In this document: positions 37,713 through 49,982 of the stretch, piece after piece
Layout of the letters: each line of letters starts with the position of its first letter
Numbering within the stretch: position 1 is the stretch's first letter
From: the human T2T-CHM13v2.0 reference genome, Homo sapiens
Direction: 5' to 3' (one strand)
Assembly: GCF_009914755.1 (NCBI RefSeq)
Contig: NC_060936.1
DNA: 64,000 bases
Notes under the pieces: model-generated
The model's database searches: none
What the model was told of the DNA's origin: nothing
What the model saw: only the letters and a program-made list of their open reading frames with translations
Position numbers and translations under genes: made by a program

Positions 37713-40204
37713 GCACACAAACCCATGCATGCACACATGTATGCACAGTGGTGGATGAGTGTGAATTACCAAAACAAATACCACTAAATGCAGGATAACA
37801 CCATGATGGCTAGTAGCTGGATTGACTCAGATTTTCTCTGCAGATCCTTCCTAGTCCACCCTCCTTCCATGACATGGGAGTTTGTGATATGCAAAGGATA
37901 AAGTAAACCTGAGTTTCCTGGGGCTTGTGTCGGCATACCAAGCTCCTTTAAGATCTCTCTTTGCCAAGACGGGGCTAAGCCAGAGGCTTCCTTGGCCTGG
38001 GGAATAACTGTCCTACCTTCCTCCCTGGAGCGGCTGGCACACACTGTTTTGACGTGTGCCATGCCTTCCATCTTTTATGGCCTCGGGGCCAGAGGAGGGT
38101 ATGCTTTGAACAATGTGAAATTCCTCTCCTAACAGCTGTGCAAAGGAAACTCACAGCTTTCTATCTCCATCTCGGTCCACTTAGCTTTCTTTTGGGGTAT
38201 AGGTTTCTTGTCTGTTCAGGGGTCCCTGTTCCTCACTTTCTGGCCTTCAGAAGGACCAGTTTCAGTACTTCCTTTCTTAGGGAGGCAAGTCAGTCTTCTG
38301 AGGTTCTCTGTTTTATTTTATTTTATCCTAGAGTATGCCTTCACTGTTGACCGTGTCTTGCCTCATTTCTGCTAAGAAGCCAGCATCTTCTGAAAATTGA
38401 GTGTCTTGTCCTGTTTCAGATCTTGGGCCGAGGATCGACCATGTATGTTAGTCAGTTTCAGAGCCCTGAGTTTTAAGTGCTAAGTTTTAAGGAGAGGAAC
38501 AACAGTAGAATTAGATATCTTAAAGAACAGGATAGGAATCCACTTCCCTGCCCCTTCTCTCACCTGGTTTGACACTACATAGATACAGACCTGTCCTGAG
38601 TTCAGGGATTGTCTAACGAGGCCTCACCAAATACCAACAGGGAGACTAGCTGTTTCTCCTCTAGCTCACTGACTGCTTCTAGTTTTCCGTGACTTTAGAG
38701 CATGTGCGTCAGCATGTTTTGGGGACCATCTCTGGCCTGCTTTCTGATCTTGGCTCTGTCCCTCAATTTATGTCTTTTTTGTGCTCCATAAGACAGGGAG
38801 TTTCATGGTTGCCACTACCCGAGAGGTGAGCTAAAGTGAATGAGGTGGAGGACACAGAGCTAGCAGGGAAGAAGGTGCCGTGGAAACCCACACAGCTTTA
38901 TTCATGTGAGCTCATTTCTCATTTACTCCTTGTAGCAATGCCAAGTCACCCCCTCCCTTCATCCCTTTCCAAGCATTTCCCTCCCTTGTTGGTTTTGGAT
39001 CCATCGTAACCCCAGTGAGTTAACCTACATGTTTTAGTTTGAATCTAATCATGCTATTTCCAGGTTGCCAACCCCCACGGGTGCTTCAGCCTAATTGGTC
39101 TGTCCTCACTGGTGTCTGCAGCACCTTCCCTTTGAGCGTCATCTGTGCATTTTAATTAATCTGCCACTTTTTCCTCCCTCCTGCTTCCGGATCATTAATA
39201 AAGAGATTAACCAAAACCAGACCAATCCCCAGCGGAGGCTCCACCAGGATCTCTCTCTCCCAGCTCTCAGCTTTGTCATGGGTCAGAACATCATCATGTG
39301 GCCCCATTGACTAATTCTGAGGCCTCAAGACCTATGTTCAGAGCAAAGCCAGTGTGAATTAATTTTTCAATTAAGATTTGGGGAACAAGCATAGCCAGTC
39401 TTTTATATATGGCCTTAGTTTAATATTTCCACCACATTCCTTTCCCTTTTGTAATTCTACTTTAAATCTATCACTTTCCCACCTCTCTCCCTTTCCAGTC
39501 CCTGAACAAGACATTAGGGTTATCTGGCAGGATGTCTCCTGAGCCTGTAGCATTAGTCAGAGATCATGTCATAGCCGAAGAAATTCTCCAAAGAATCAGG
39601 CCCTTCTGGACACAGCTGGCCAGCGTCCTCTTTGACCCCAGCCAGAGAATGCATTTGCCTCCAGAGAATATGGCTACACCAGAAATAATGAAATCTCTTG
39701 AATTTGCATATTAAAAATTTGGCAAATTAAAATTTGCTTTCACCTCTGCTCTCATGACTCCTCTCTGAGGAAAGCTAAAACAGAGCCTTTCTGCTTTCTT
39801 TGTAAGTCACCCAGATTTCCAGCGCTGGTCTCAAACCCAGGATGTGAGATGGTGCACTCCGTGTTCTGTCCACTACAACACAGGGCCTCTGCAGGCACAG
39901 GTGACCTGCAGATGGGCTGCACTGGAGAGCATCAGGCCCAGGAGGGACTAGGGTGAGGGAATTGGATTGTGTTTACTTTTGTGGGGGATGCTTTCATAGG
40001 GAATACAGGGAGGAGGACACAGGATTGATGGCCTCAAATCTCTGCAAACTCTGCTTAGAGCTGAGGCTTCTTGGGGAAGGACACAGCCTGCTGACAGCAG
40101 CCGTCCTGGCTCCAGGCTTGGAGCTTGGGCTTCCCCTGGAAGTAAACTCTCTAGAATGTTTGAGAGCAAGGACAGACGGAGAGGCAGCCGAGTGTCATCA
40201 TTAA

Positions 40205-40375
40205 TAACATGAGCTCTAGAGCCAGAAGGTGCAAATCCTGACTCTGTTGCTTGTTAGCTGGTTGTGGAACCCCTCTTTGCCTTGGTTTCCCCATTCAAAA
40301 TGGGAAATATAATAGTACGTACTTCAGGATGGTTGTTACTAGGATTTAAGATTTATGTAAGCCAGTACCTGGCAC
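40205..40375 (+). mobile_element. MIR SINE
   Basis: GCTCTAGAGCCAGA...AAATCCTGACTCTG...CAAAATGGGAAATATAATAGTAC...GGATTTAAG. Confidence 0.7.
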
Positions 40376-41074
40376 TTTGCATTTTTATTCTTGGTGATCT
40401 CACCCCTAAGCAGTCTAAAAATTTACTTCACACATGTGCAGCAAGAGGCGTCTTTAGGTACACGGTCAGGAGGTGCTCCTGTGTAGGGAAGCTGGTCCTG
40501 GAGAGGTGAATTGGAACCTGAAGGCTGCAGCCCAGTCTCTGCACGTGACAGGGCAGACGCAGGTTGCTGGGGGCTCAGATTCTGTGCCACTGTCTACCTC
40601 AGCTTCCTTTTCCATGTCAGCTGCTTCTTGAATACCCCCAAACCCTCTGTGGATGCTGTAAACTGAGCCAAAAAGGAGGAATCAGAAATTGCTCTCTTTT
40701 GAGTATTTTGAGGGATGGTGAAACCTTGTAGGAATGTTGCTCCAGGGACTGAGAAAACACCATATGTGGGAAAGCGTTTCTAAGTGAGGAAAATCGCACA
40801 TGCACGTCGGTCAGGATCTTGGAAAACTCTGAGCAGGGGAAATGGGCACTGGGGAGAGTGTAGAAAGGGGGTTCACTAAGGTCTTTAACAGGTCTTTTTC
40901 TAATTATAGCCAAGAAGAGCCTGGGGACCATGGCCGACTTCAGAGCCAGGGCCTGTATTTTCTTTGGGAAAAGAAGGCAGAGTTGATTGGCTTCCAAAAC
41001 CAGGCTTGGCAAAAGCCCATACAGGCTCTCCAGCCAGTAAGCAGTGCCTGGGGTAGGTCTCGATCGTAGCAGGC

Positions 41075-41240
41075 GCTCATTCAGTAAATAGACGTCGAAA
41101 GTCCGCAGCGTGTCCAGCCCTATGCTGGGAGTCAAGGATGTGTGGATGGAAAGGACATGGTCCCTGTCGTCAAAGAGAAGGCACACCAACAATAATAGCA
41201 CAATATGACAATTGCTTAAATGAAGCTCTCTGCAGATGAC
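41075..41240 (-). mobile_element. L2 3'-end fragment
   Basis: CATTCAGTAAATA...GTGTCCAGCCCTATGCTGGG...GACATGGTCCCTGTCGTCAAAG. Confidence 0.55.
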
Positions 41241-42399
41241 AGGGACCCCTAGAGAAAGAGCGTAGACATCCCCCTAAATAGCAGAACTCGCTGCTGTGCC
41301 TTGCCTGGATGGAGCTGGCACTGCCTTCCTGTTTCCATTCCCCACTCCAGGGAACTGGCCCACTGGGGGACTCCCACCCCGGACATGGAGTGAGAAATGA
41401 AGGTATTGGTGGCCAAAAAGTGACCAGAGATCAGAATGCATCTATTCTTGCCCCCAGCAAATTCAGAAACACCACCTCTCCCTTGCCCGTGTTTGCTTTC
41501 GTCATTTGTCTGTTCTCTGGGCTTCCAGTTCATAATATTCCTATCTTCTCCCACAACCAGTGTAACTGGTCTGAGATCCAAGCAGTCGGGCACCATGGCA
41601 TCTGGGGGAAAGCCTTGTGGGGACCGTGTTGGTAAAGATTGCTGTGAGCCAGATGTAGAGGAGGGAGCTCTCCAGACTCTGGGTCCCTCGCCCGTGTGCG
41701 TCAAGGGCAGGTGTGCACCATCTCCCGTGGCCACAGGCCATTCAGCTTCATGTTCTCTAACATTTCTAGTGTGCTCACTCTGTACCTGATGCTATGCTAG
41801 GTGCTTCCATGTGGATTTCATTGTTTACCCCTCACGATAACTTTCATGGTGCACAAGCCATGTGATTTTTGTTGCGCCTACGAACCAAATGCCCCCGTCA
41901 CTCTCTGCCATTGTTTAGCAGTCTGACCTTAGACAGCTCACTTCACCACAACTGCAGGCCTCCGTTCCCTTATATGTATAAATGAGGAGGTTGTCTAGGG
42001 TCCTTTCCAGCTGCAAACCTCTGTGTTTTGGGGAGTTCTGTTAGCAACATTCTTGGACTTGCTCTCTACGAGAAAAGCTAGAAGTCGATGATTAAAATGG
42101 AGTCCACAGGAAGCCTGCAGGGCTTTAAGACAGCCTTCTAAAGAGTTTAGAAACACTCACCAGCCTGCAGATGACTTACTCCCACTACTTATTACAAAGT
42201 ATCATGGCAAGTAAGAAAGAAATGGTCAGCCACTGGGAGAGCAGGCTGAGGTTGCAAGGAAGTGGCAGGTGCTATCGTTGGGATCTTGGGGGAGCATTGT
42301 AGAAAGGTCAGCTTTGGAACCAGGCACTGAAAAACGGGTGAAATTTCAACAGGAGAGGCAGTGCACATGGGTTGTGATTTGAGCAGCAGTGAGTAGTGA

Positions 42400-42803
<404 letters not shown>

Positions 42804-44956
42804 TTTCTCCTCTTCTTTAAACTGCATTTAGGTTGTCCTCATCTATAAGATGAAGGAATAAGATTAGATGGCCTCTTTATATGGCTTATCTACTTCTAAT
42901 AAACTTTGGTTCCATATTCCAGCCACCACCCATAAAGACTCTTACTTTTTCCTCCTCAATCCATCAGCATCAGCCAGCATTCTCCCTCTCAGTTCATCCT
43001 GGTCATTACCTCACTAATCTGTACCTTGACTCTTATTCTACCTGGGACCTCCCCTCACTAACCATACTTGATTTATTTCCTTAAGAGCGGATATCCTGTG
43101 TATTCTTAGCTTACAGTGGCTGAGCTTTTGGGAGGTTTAACAAATTGTTTTTCAATAGACTCTCAGTCCTAAATGATTTTATTGCAGCTGTATTATTCTT
43201 TTTGAGGGGAGTAGAGAATGTAATCCTAGTTGTATGCCATATTTTTTGTATTGTTCAAGTTGCATTTTGTTGGGCCTGTAATATTGAAGAAAATGTCACT
43301 TGTATGCAGAATAGGAGGGAGATTCCTTATGCTGTAGAGGAACCATTTTCCTAGGATAGTACAATTCCTTAGAGTCATCTCTAAGGGTGAGCAGCAAAGC
43401 TAGAATCCCTCTCTTGGCTTTGACCTTGAAGGAGTCAGTTTTCCCAAAGACTAGTTCCCATGGAAAGAAGATGGTCTCCTTATCACAGCAGCAAGAGGAG
43501 GCAGTATGAGCAGAGTGCCTCACTGTTGTTGACCTCTAGGGACAAGTGAGCCAGCAGTATTTCAGACAAGCTGGGAAAGAGGCTGTCTGTGAGTCCTGGG
43601 AGCGAGTGAGCACTGGCAGGCTCAGACATAGGTGCTGGTTAGCAGGACTGCTTTTCTGTTTCTTGTGTCGGCTTTGTTTATTTCCTCTCTATTTTCCCCC
43701 TGGACTTAGTAAAGTCTTTCCGAAAATACCAAAGGTGAACCAGGGGAAGAGTTTTTATTTTCCATGTTTGGACAGAACTTTAAAGAGGAAATGATGTACC
43801 CCCCTGGGAGCCAGTGAGGTGGCAGCGATGGTGATTAAGGAGTGAATATCTCAAGGAGGTGGACGAATTCGGGGATCACTAGCTCAGCTGCCCCTCTCCA
43901 CCTGGAGCATCTCCTTCCAGTGCTACCCTCAGAACATCTGGGCTTTGCTCTAGTGAGGGAGAGACTAGCAATGAAGGTGTCTTGAGATCAGCACTGTAAT
44001 TCCACCAGGACGCCACCGGAGTCCGGTGTTAAGCTTCTACTATGGCAACAGAATGAGAGCGTGGATGGGTTGAAATGCCATTTCAACAAGGAAATAGTAG
44101 AATTAGAAGAAGCATAAGCACTAAAAGGAACATTTTGTAGCAGAAATGTTAAAAATCTAAAGGAGGCAAGTGAATCAACAATGACTCTTCTATTCTGGGC
44201 AAGTCCAGCCCATTTATGTAAGGTGGTTATTCTGCATCTCTGTCTTCTGCAAGTAGTGCTGTGGCAGAGCTGCGTTTTGTGGAGAGCGTCCCCGGGGATG
44301 GAGCAGATCAGTTGGTGATGCGTATGTATCAGAAAGCTCGGCAGAGCACCCTGGAACGTAGGCCCTCTCGCGGAGTGGGTAGTGGCCCTACATGTTCATT
44401 TCCAAGGGCAGGAGAATAGACCGTTCCAGCTGCGGCCTGGCCAGGGATGACCCCACATCTGACACTGCAATATGGGGGCAACTGAACCAGTCCTCAGCCT
44501 CAGTGTGTTCCAGGGGCTGCAGCTGGGGAGCAGTCGAACTCTTTCTTGAGACAATTACAAGGCCACCGCTGCTGCTGCTGAAGGGAAGTTACTCCATGTT
44601 TACAATTCTCAGGTTTGAAGTTTTCATGCTTTGCCAAGGTAGAGTGAACCATGCGTCTTTGCAGGCTCAAGGGATGTTTAAAGAAGCGGTAGGACATCGT
44701 CCACCCACAAGCAGAGACCGCAGGATAAAGCAGACATCCAATGTAAATACAACCCGTGCAAAAAGCAGAGTCGGCAGACCTGGAGTGCATTCGCAGTATC
44801 TCCCGGGGGTGGGGGAAAGAAATCACCTCTTCAGAATGTCCAGAGGGGAGTTGCCTTGCTTACCTGGGGGGCGGTACCCTCTCTCGTGCCCTCACAGGGC
44901 TACTCAGCCTCAGGTAGCTGGTGCCAGAATAACACAGACTCAGCTGCCAGAGCCTG

Positions 44957-44983
44957 CTCTTAACACCTGTGTTTCCTTTTCAG
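44957..44983 (+). promoter_or_regulatory. NTF3: 3' splice site of the NTF3 coding exon (branch point, pyrimidine tract, CAG)
   Basis: CTCTTAAC (candidate branch A at 44963), then TGTGTTTCCTTTTCAG|ATCTTACAG. The exon starts at 44984. Confidence 0.9.
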
Positions 44984-45004
44984 ATCTTACAGGTGAACAA
45001 GGTG
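44984..45004 (+). CDS. NTF3: In-frame N-terminal extension (ILQVNKV) used when translation starts in the upstream exon (long NT-3 isoform)
   Basis: ATC TTA CAG GTG AAC AAG GTG directly precedes ATG 45005 in frame. The known long human isoform begins [17 protein letters not shown], with MVTFAT encoded outside this window. Confidence 0.8.
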
Positions 45005-45778
45005 ATGTCCATCTTGTTTTATGTGATATTTCTCGCTTATCTCCGTGGCATCCAAGGTAACAACATGGATCAAAGGAGTTTGCCAGAAGACTCGCTCAAT
45101 TCCCTCATTATTAAGCTGATCCAGGCAGATATTTTGAAAAACAAGCTCTCCAAGCAGATGGTGGACGTTAAGGAAAATTACCAGAGCACCCTGCCCAAAG
45201 CTGAGGCTCCCCGAGAGCCGGAGCGGGGAGGGCCCGCCAAGTCAGCATTCCAGCCAGTGATTGCAATGGACACCGAACTGCTGCGACAACAGAGACGCTA
45301 CAACTCACCGCGGGTCCTGCTGAGCGACAGCACCCCCTTGGAGCCCCCGCCCTTGTATCTCATGGAGGATTACGTGGGCAGCCCCGTGGTGGCGAACAGA
45401 ACATCACGGCGGAAACGGTACGCGGAGCATAAGAGTCACCGAGGGGAGTACTCGGTATGTGACAGTGAGAGTCTGTGGGTGACCGACAAGTCATCGGCCA
45501 TCGACATTCGGGGACACCAGGTCACGGTGCTGGGGGAGATCAAAACGGGCAACTCTCCCGTCAAACAATATTTTTATGAAACGCGATGTAAGGAAGCCAG
45601 GCCGGTCAAAAACGGTTGCAGGGGTATTGATGATAAACACTGGAACTCTCAGTGCAAAACATCCCAAACCTACGTCCGAGCACTGACTTCAGAGAACAAT
45701 AAACTCGTGGGCTGGCGGTGGATACGGATAGACACGTCCTGTGTGTGTGCCTTGTCGAGAAAAATCGGAAGAACATGA
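45005..45778 (+). CDS. NTF3: Neurotrophin-3 precursor (prepro-NT-3), 257 aa, encoded in a single exon
   Basis: Translation [51 protein letters not shown]...NRTSRRKR|[24 protein letters not shown]...[20 protein letters not shown] matches human NT-3. It has a signal peptide, pro-domain, N-glycosylation sequon NRT (45395-45403), furin site and NGF-family mature domain. 774 nt = 257 codons + stop. Confidence 0.99.
45419..45775 (+). other. NTF3: Mature NT-3 domain (119 aa, NGF/neurotrophin cystine knot) released by furin cleavage after RRKR (45407-45418)
   Basis: Starts [16 protein letters not shown]. Six conserved Cys (SVCD, TRCK, NGCR, SQCK, SCVC). Neurotrophin motifs [27 protein letters not shown]. 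Confidence 0.97.
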
Positions 45779-45925
45779 ATTGGCATCTCTCCCCATATAT
45801 AAATTATTACTTTAAATTATATGATATGCATGTAGCATATAAATGTTTATATTGTTTTTATATATTATAAGTTGACCTTTATTTATTAAACTTCAGCAAC
45901 CCTACAGTATATAAGCTTTTTTCTC

Positions 45926-45931
45926 AATAAA
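45926..45931 (+). terminator. NTF3: Canonical polyadenylation signal AATAAA (proximal)
   Basis: TTCTCAATAAAATCAGTGTGCTTG, with GU/U-rich sequence downstream. A variant ATTAAA also sits at 45885-45890. Confidence 0.7.
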
Positions 45932-46070
45932 ATCAGTGTGCTTGCCTTCCCTCAGGCCTCTCCCATCTGTTAAAACTTGTTTTGTGATCCGGCTCTCAGG
46001 AGTCACTCTGTAAAATCTGTGTACACCAGTATTTTGCATTCAGTATTGTCAAGGCCATGACTGTTGTTTT

Positions 46071-46076
46071 AGTAAA
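46071..46076 (+). terminator. NTF3: Variant polyadenylation signal AGTAAA (distal)
   Basis: AGTAAA preceded by a U-rich tract and upstream TGTA elements (~46009, ~46020), followed by GU-rich GTTGTGT. Confidence 0.5.
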
Positions 46077-46619
46077 CTTGTTAAAATCAGATGATGTCAG
46101 AGTTGTGTATAAACACAGTTATATCCCTCTTCTGGTACATTTAATGTTGGGTTAATGAATTAAAAGAACTGTTATGGCCTGCACTTACTTAAAATGATAC
46201 CCTGTAGCTCTGGCCAGCAAGTTCTATATCAAATTCTCTGCTGTTAGCTTGGCAAATTAGAATTATGATTTGCTCCAGTGTTATGGTCCTGGAACAATAA
46301 CAACGACCCTGGCAATTTTAGTTTTGGAAGTTTCTTTGCAGCACATTTGTTGTTTTGGGGTTTGGGGTTGTTTAAGGGTTGAATTTTTTTGTTTTGGCTT
46401 TGGTTTTTGTTTTGCTTTTTGCAAGTGGTTTCATCTTTTTAGGCACATAGGAATTTTTTAAAACTATTTGTAACAAAATAATTGCATGACTACCCAGAAG
46501 CAAACTGAAATGGATCATGAATCATCTATACATAGAGGATAAATTTATTTATGGCCGACTCTCAGCCTGTGACCACCCCTCCTCATCTGCCAGCCCCTTC
46601 TAGAGCTGTGAGCAGAGTT

Positions 46620-46815
46620 GGAAAGTGCTAGGGCTTTGGAGTCGGACCTGGGTTCAAGTTCCAGCTCCTCCCCTGTGAGCTTGTCCAGGTTTTAGAGACT
46701 CTCTGAGCCTGTGCTTCCTAGGGTCAGAGTCAGACAGCGGTCCTTGCCTACGTCCGAGGAAGGTTATAACCCCTGAAACTTTCTAGCATAGCGCAGGCAT
46801 TCAAGAATGTTAGTA
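46620..46815 (+). mobile_element. MIR SINE
   Basis: GGGCTTTGGAGTCGGACCTGGGTTCAAGTTCCAGCTC...CTCTCTGAGCCTGTG. Confidence 0.65.
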
Positions 46816-47324
46816 CCTCACCCATTCCCTTCCATCCCCCCGAGATGTAAAATGCCTAAATGGAAGGGAACTTCTTGGTGCCTTCTGAGTCCCAACAGGA
46901 GTCCATGACAGCCAAGGGGTCATTGTGGTGATGGCCTCACCTGTCATGCCCAGGCAGGACTGAGGGGACACCAGGGATGTCCATCAAGGAGTTTGTTGAT
47001 GCCCATTTCCCATTGAGAAGCAGCTCATCCTCTTGGGGTTGGAACATAAGGATGCTCATCTCCCATCTTGGCGGAGGTACAAGGTGTCCACTAATCCAGC
47101 ACTGCCCTGAAGCCCCGCCCTCTGCCCAACCTGGATTGCCCTGCATTCATTAGGGCCCAGCTGTCCTACACACTGACATCTCCTTAGCACACACCTGTAT
47201 GGAATGTGTCCTTTATGGGATGTGAACTTTTGAAATAGACTCAGCAAATAGCAGTAGCCTTAGTTAGGAACATCATGACACTGCACTTGATCTTGGATGC
47301 CTAAAATATGGGGGAAGGAAATAA

Positions 47325-47540
47325 GGAATTGACCATGTGCCCATCATGGGCCAGGCATATTCAAACCCTGCCACCATTAATTGTCACAAATCCTTTGAGG
47401 GAGCCAGTATCATCTCCAGTTTACAGGCGAGGAAACTGAGGCTGGTGGGTTCAACTAGCCCATGGTCTTTAGTAAGTAAGTGGCAGAGTGAAGATTGTAA
47501 TCTACGTGGCAATGATGGCACAGTCTTGAACCCTCGGCAC
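47325..47540 (-). mobile_element. MIR SINE
   Basis: ATCATCTCCAGTTTACAGGCGAGGAAACTGAGGCT...GTAAGTGGCAGAG. Confidence 0.75.
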
Positions 47541-49918
47541 TAGTCTCTCCCTCTCCCACATAGCAGCATCACATTTCAGAGTGGGTATTATAGTCCTAGT
47601 TATATGAAAAGCACAGCCCTCTGCATGGGAACCTTTTGTCCTATTGTTTCACTGAGCCTTCATCAAGAACACAATAAACCAGCTGATAGGACAAGGAGAG
47701 TCTTAGGACTAGCCCAAGCCCAGTTATCAGGAGCTCGTCATTTCAAAGTGACCATTTCCCTGGGCTTCTAGTAAGCCCTCCACCCCTAAAACAGCAGGCT
47801 GAGGGATACTGCAGCTGACGCATGTCTATAAAGCTTGAGTCTCAATTGTTTAGCCAGCACTGCAGGAGCAACACAAGAATGTAAAGAAGCAGTTTTATGG
47901 CCCTGGTTAACAGTGGATTCTAGAAAGTTGGAGAAATCTGTTGAGTTGCCGCAAATGCTCCCTCACCTGCCTATCATATGGCCTTTCTTTCTATCCTCAG
48001 GCCTACAGTTGAGGTGCCTTTAAGGTCCTCTTCTGGAACTTCTGAATGGTAGAGGGTGGTCTGGTTTATTAGGGAGATGGTCTTCAGTGACAGGACCCCA
48101 GAACCCAGCCTTGCGGGGCACTGACCCTAAGGAGTAGAGCTGAGTCCTGAGCTCTGCCTGGAATGCAAGGAGTTTGCTGGCTTGTCCAGAGCAAGTCTGG
48201 AGTAGCATGCTTCTGGGCAGGTGCAGCTCTGAGGAGAAGAGACTTGGGGATGAGACAGAAATATTCCCAAAAGGAACTCTGGGCTGCAGGCCATCTGACG
48301 GCTCAGCCTCACTCATTCGGAAGGCCAGGGCAATGTGGCAATACCCGGTTCCATGTCAGTAACTTTATTCAGATGCTGCCAGAGTCAACGTGTTAGCTCT
48401 GGACCCAGGGCAGAGCCTTCTCGAGGTGGATAGGAGGCCTGTTTCTATCTAATGTACACATTTGCCATTGGGGTTAGTTGAAGATTAAACCCATCTCTGA
48501 GATAGGAGAGGCTTGGAGGGCTAGTATCTGGCTCCTGGAAAAACTCCACTCTCTCCTTATCTTCCCTTAGTGCTTAGTTTCTTGCAGGGGCTTCATTAAG
48601 CAGAGGTATATTGCAGTGTGAAGAACTTGAGTGCACAGGAGAAAATGGGGTGTGGGCCAACTTTATTGCCAATAGCTGCATGGCCTTAAATAACTCCCTT
48701 GTCCTAACTGGGGCTTTCAACATCATGAGATTCTATTGCAGAGAGGGGCAGAGTCCAGATGAATAATCTTCACTTCCTTAATGAATGCTAGGGTGAGAAG
48801 CTCTGTTGCCTGTTGATGGGACTCCTTTCTGCCACATGTGAGACTCTAAAATTCTCCCCTCTTACAGACTGCAACCTTGAGCTTATTATCTAGTCTCTCT
48901 GAGCCTTTGTCTACTTGTCTGTAAAGTGGGGATAGTGGCTACTTCATAAGACTGTTTGGCAATCTAATAAAATCATCCATTTCCTGGCACATAAGAAGCC
49001 TCCTTCAGCGTTAATGATGATGTTTGCAAGGTTTGCAGGATCCCTCATTCTGTAATTTTGGTGGGACTTTCCAAGCTCCGTAGTGGAGGATTAGTCATAA
49101 TTAACATGTATTAATCATGGACTTTACGGGAGGTGGACCTTAGGGTGGGATTTGCCCATTTCCTTTCTGCAGGTCTCTTCAACCAAACTACTGACCCAGT
49201 CTTACTGACAAGGCCTTTAATCCTCAGTTGACAAACCAGGGAAGGTATTTCTAACCCTTCCAGGTAGTGAAATGTAACTTTTTGCTAGAAGTTCTGCCGA
49301 CATGCTTCTCTGATGTGTACATGTGTGAGTGTGTGAGTGTGCATGCATGTTTTGTTTCCTCCTTGCAAATTATAGCACGGCTTTTCTCTTGTGTTTCTGC
49401 CTCTCAGTCTCTGTCTCTCTCTCGTGTTCAACAATGCTTCCTCTAGGCTGGTGTTGGTGTTTTAGGGTTTGGTATTTCTGAGGACTTTTCTGTTGCTGTT
49501 CCCTTTCCTGTGTTGTGTGTGAGCACATGTGTGTCTATATGTGCTTTATAGTTCATTTAGTCAATGTAAAAATCCTCCACTGAGGCTTGGAGAAGCCATC
49601 TGCATTTATTTTATCGCTTTTGAACATGTGTTCAGGAATGAAGGCTGTGTAATCAGTTTATTGTTACCTGGAGATTTGTCTGGCTTCACCAGGAAGACGC
49701 ACCCCCTGCCCAGGCTTCAAACTCTGAAGGACCTGGCAAAGCCAATGCCAGGTCCTCGGTGAAGCCTGGCTTTGCCTCGCTGAACTCCTGCCCTGCTCAG
49801 CTGCACCATAGGCTCTGCCTCAGTGAGGGTGCTCTGAAGCCTGGGGAGCGGCCAACTGTCCACAACAAACATGCCACCCTCCACAGCCCTGGCCCCAGGG
49901 CCTCGCACATGCTCTGTT

Positions 49919-49982
49919 CCACAACTAGGAACAGCCGCAGTCACTGAAGACCACAACCAGGAACAGCCGCAGTCACTGAAGA
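49919..49982 (+). repeat. 32-bp tandem duplication (2 copies, 1 mismatch)
   Basis: CCACAACTAGGAACAGCCGCAGTCACTGAAGA / CCACAACCAGGAACAGCCGCAGTCACTGAAGA. Confidence 0.97.

Larger units (their letters stand above)
45779..46095 (+). other. NTF3: NTF3 3' UTR, AU-rich (3' end approximate)
   Basis: Very AT-rich sequence after the TGA. ARE nonamer TTATTTATT 45879-45887. Poly(A)-signal hexamers at 45885, 45926 and 46071. Confidence 0.75.

Noticed and set aside
40617-41789. 194-aa and 161-aa minus-strand ORFs
   Set aside because: No recognisable domain or splice structure, partly within L2 sequence, and lengths expected by chance.
44969-44983. ORF-track start (GTG, MFPFQ) of the 269-aa ORF
   Set aside because: These codons are the intronic pyrimidine tract and acceptor. 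The real starts are ATG 45005 or the upstream exon.
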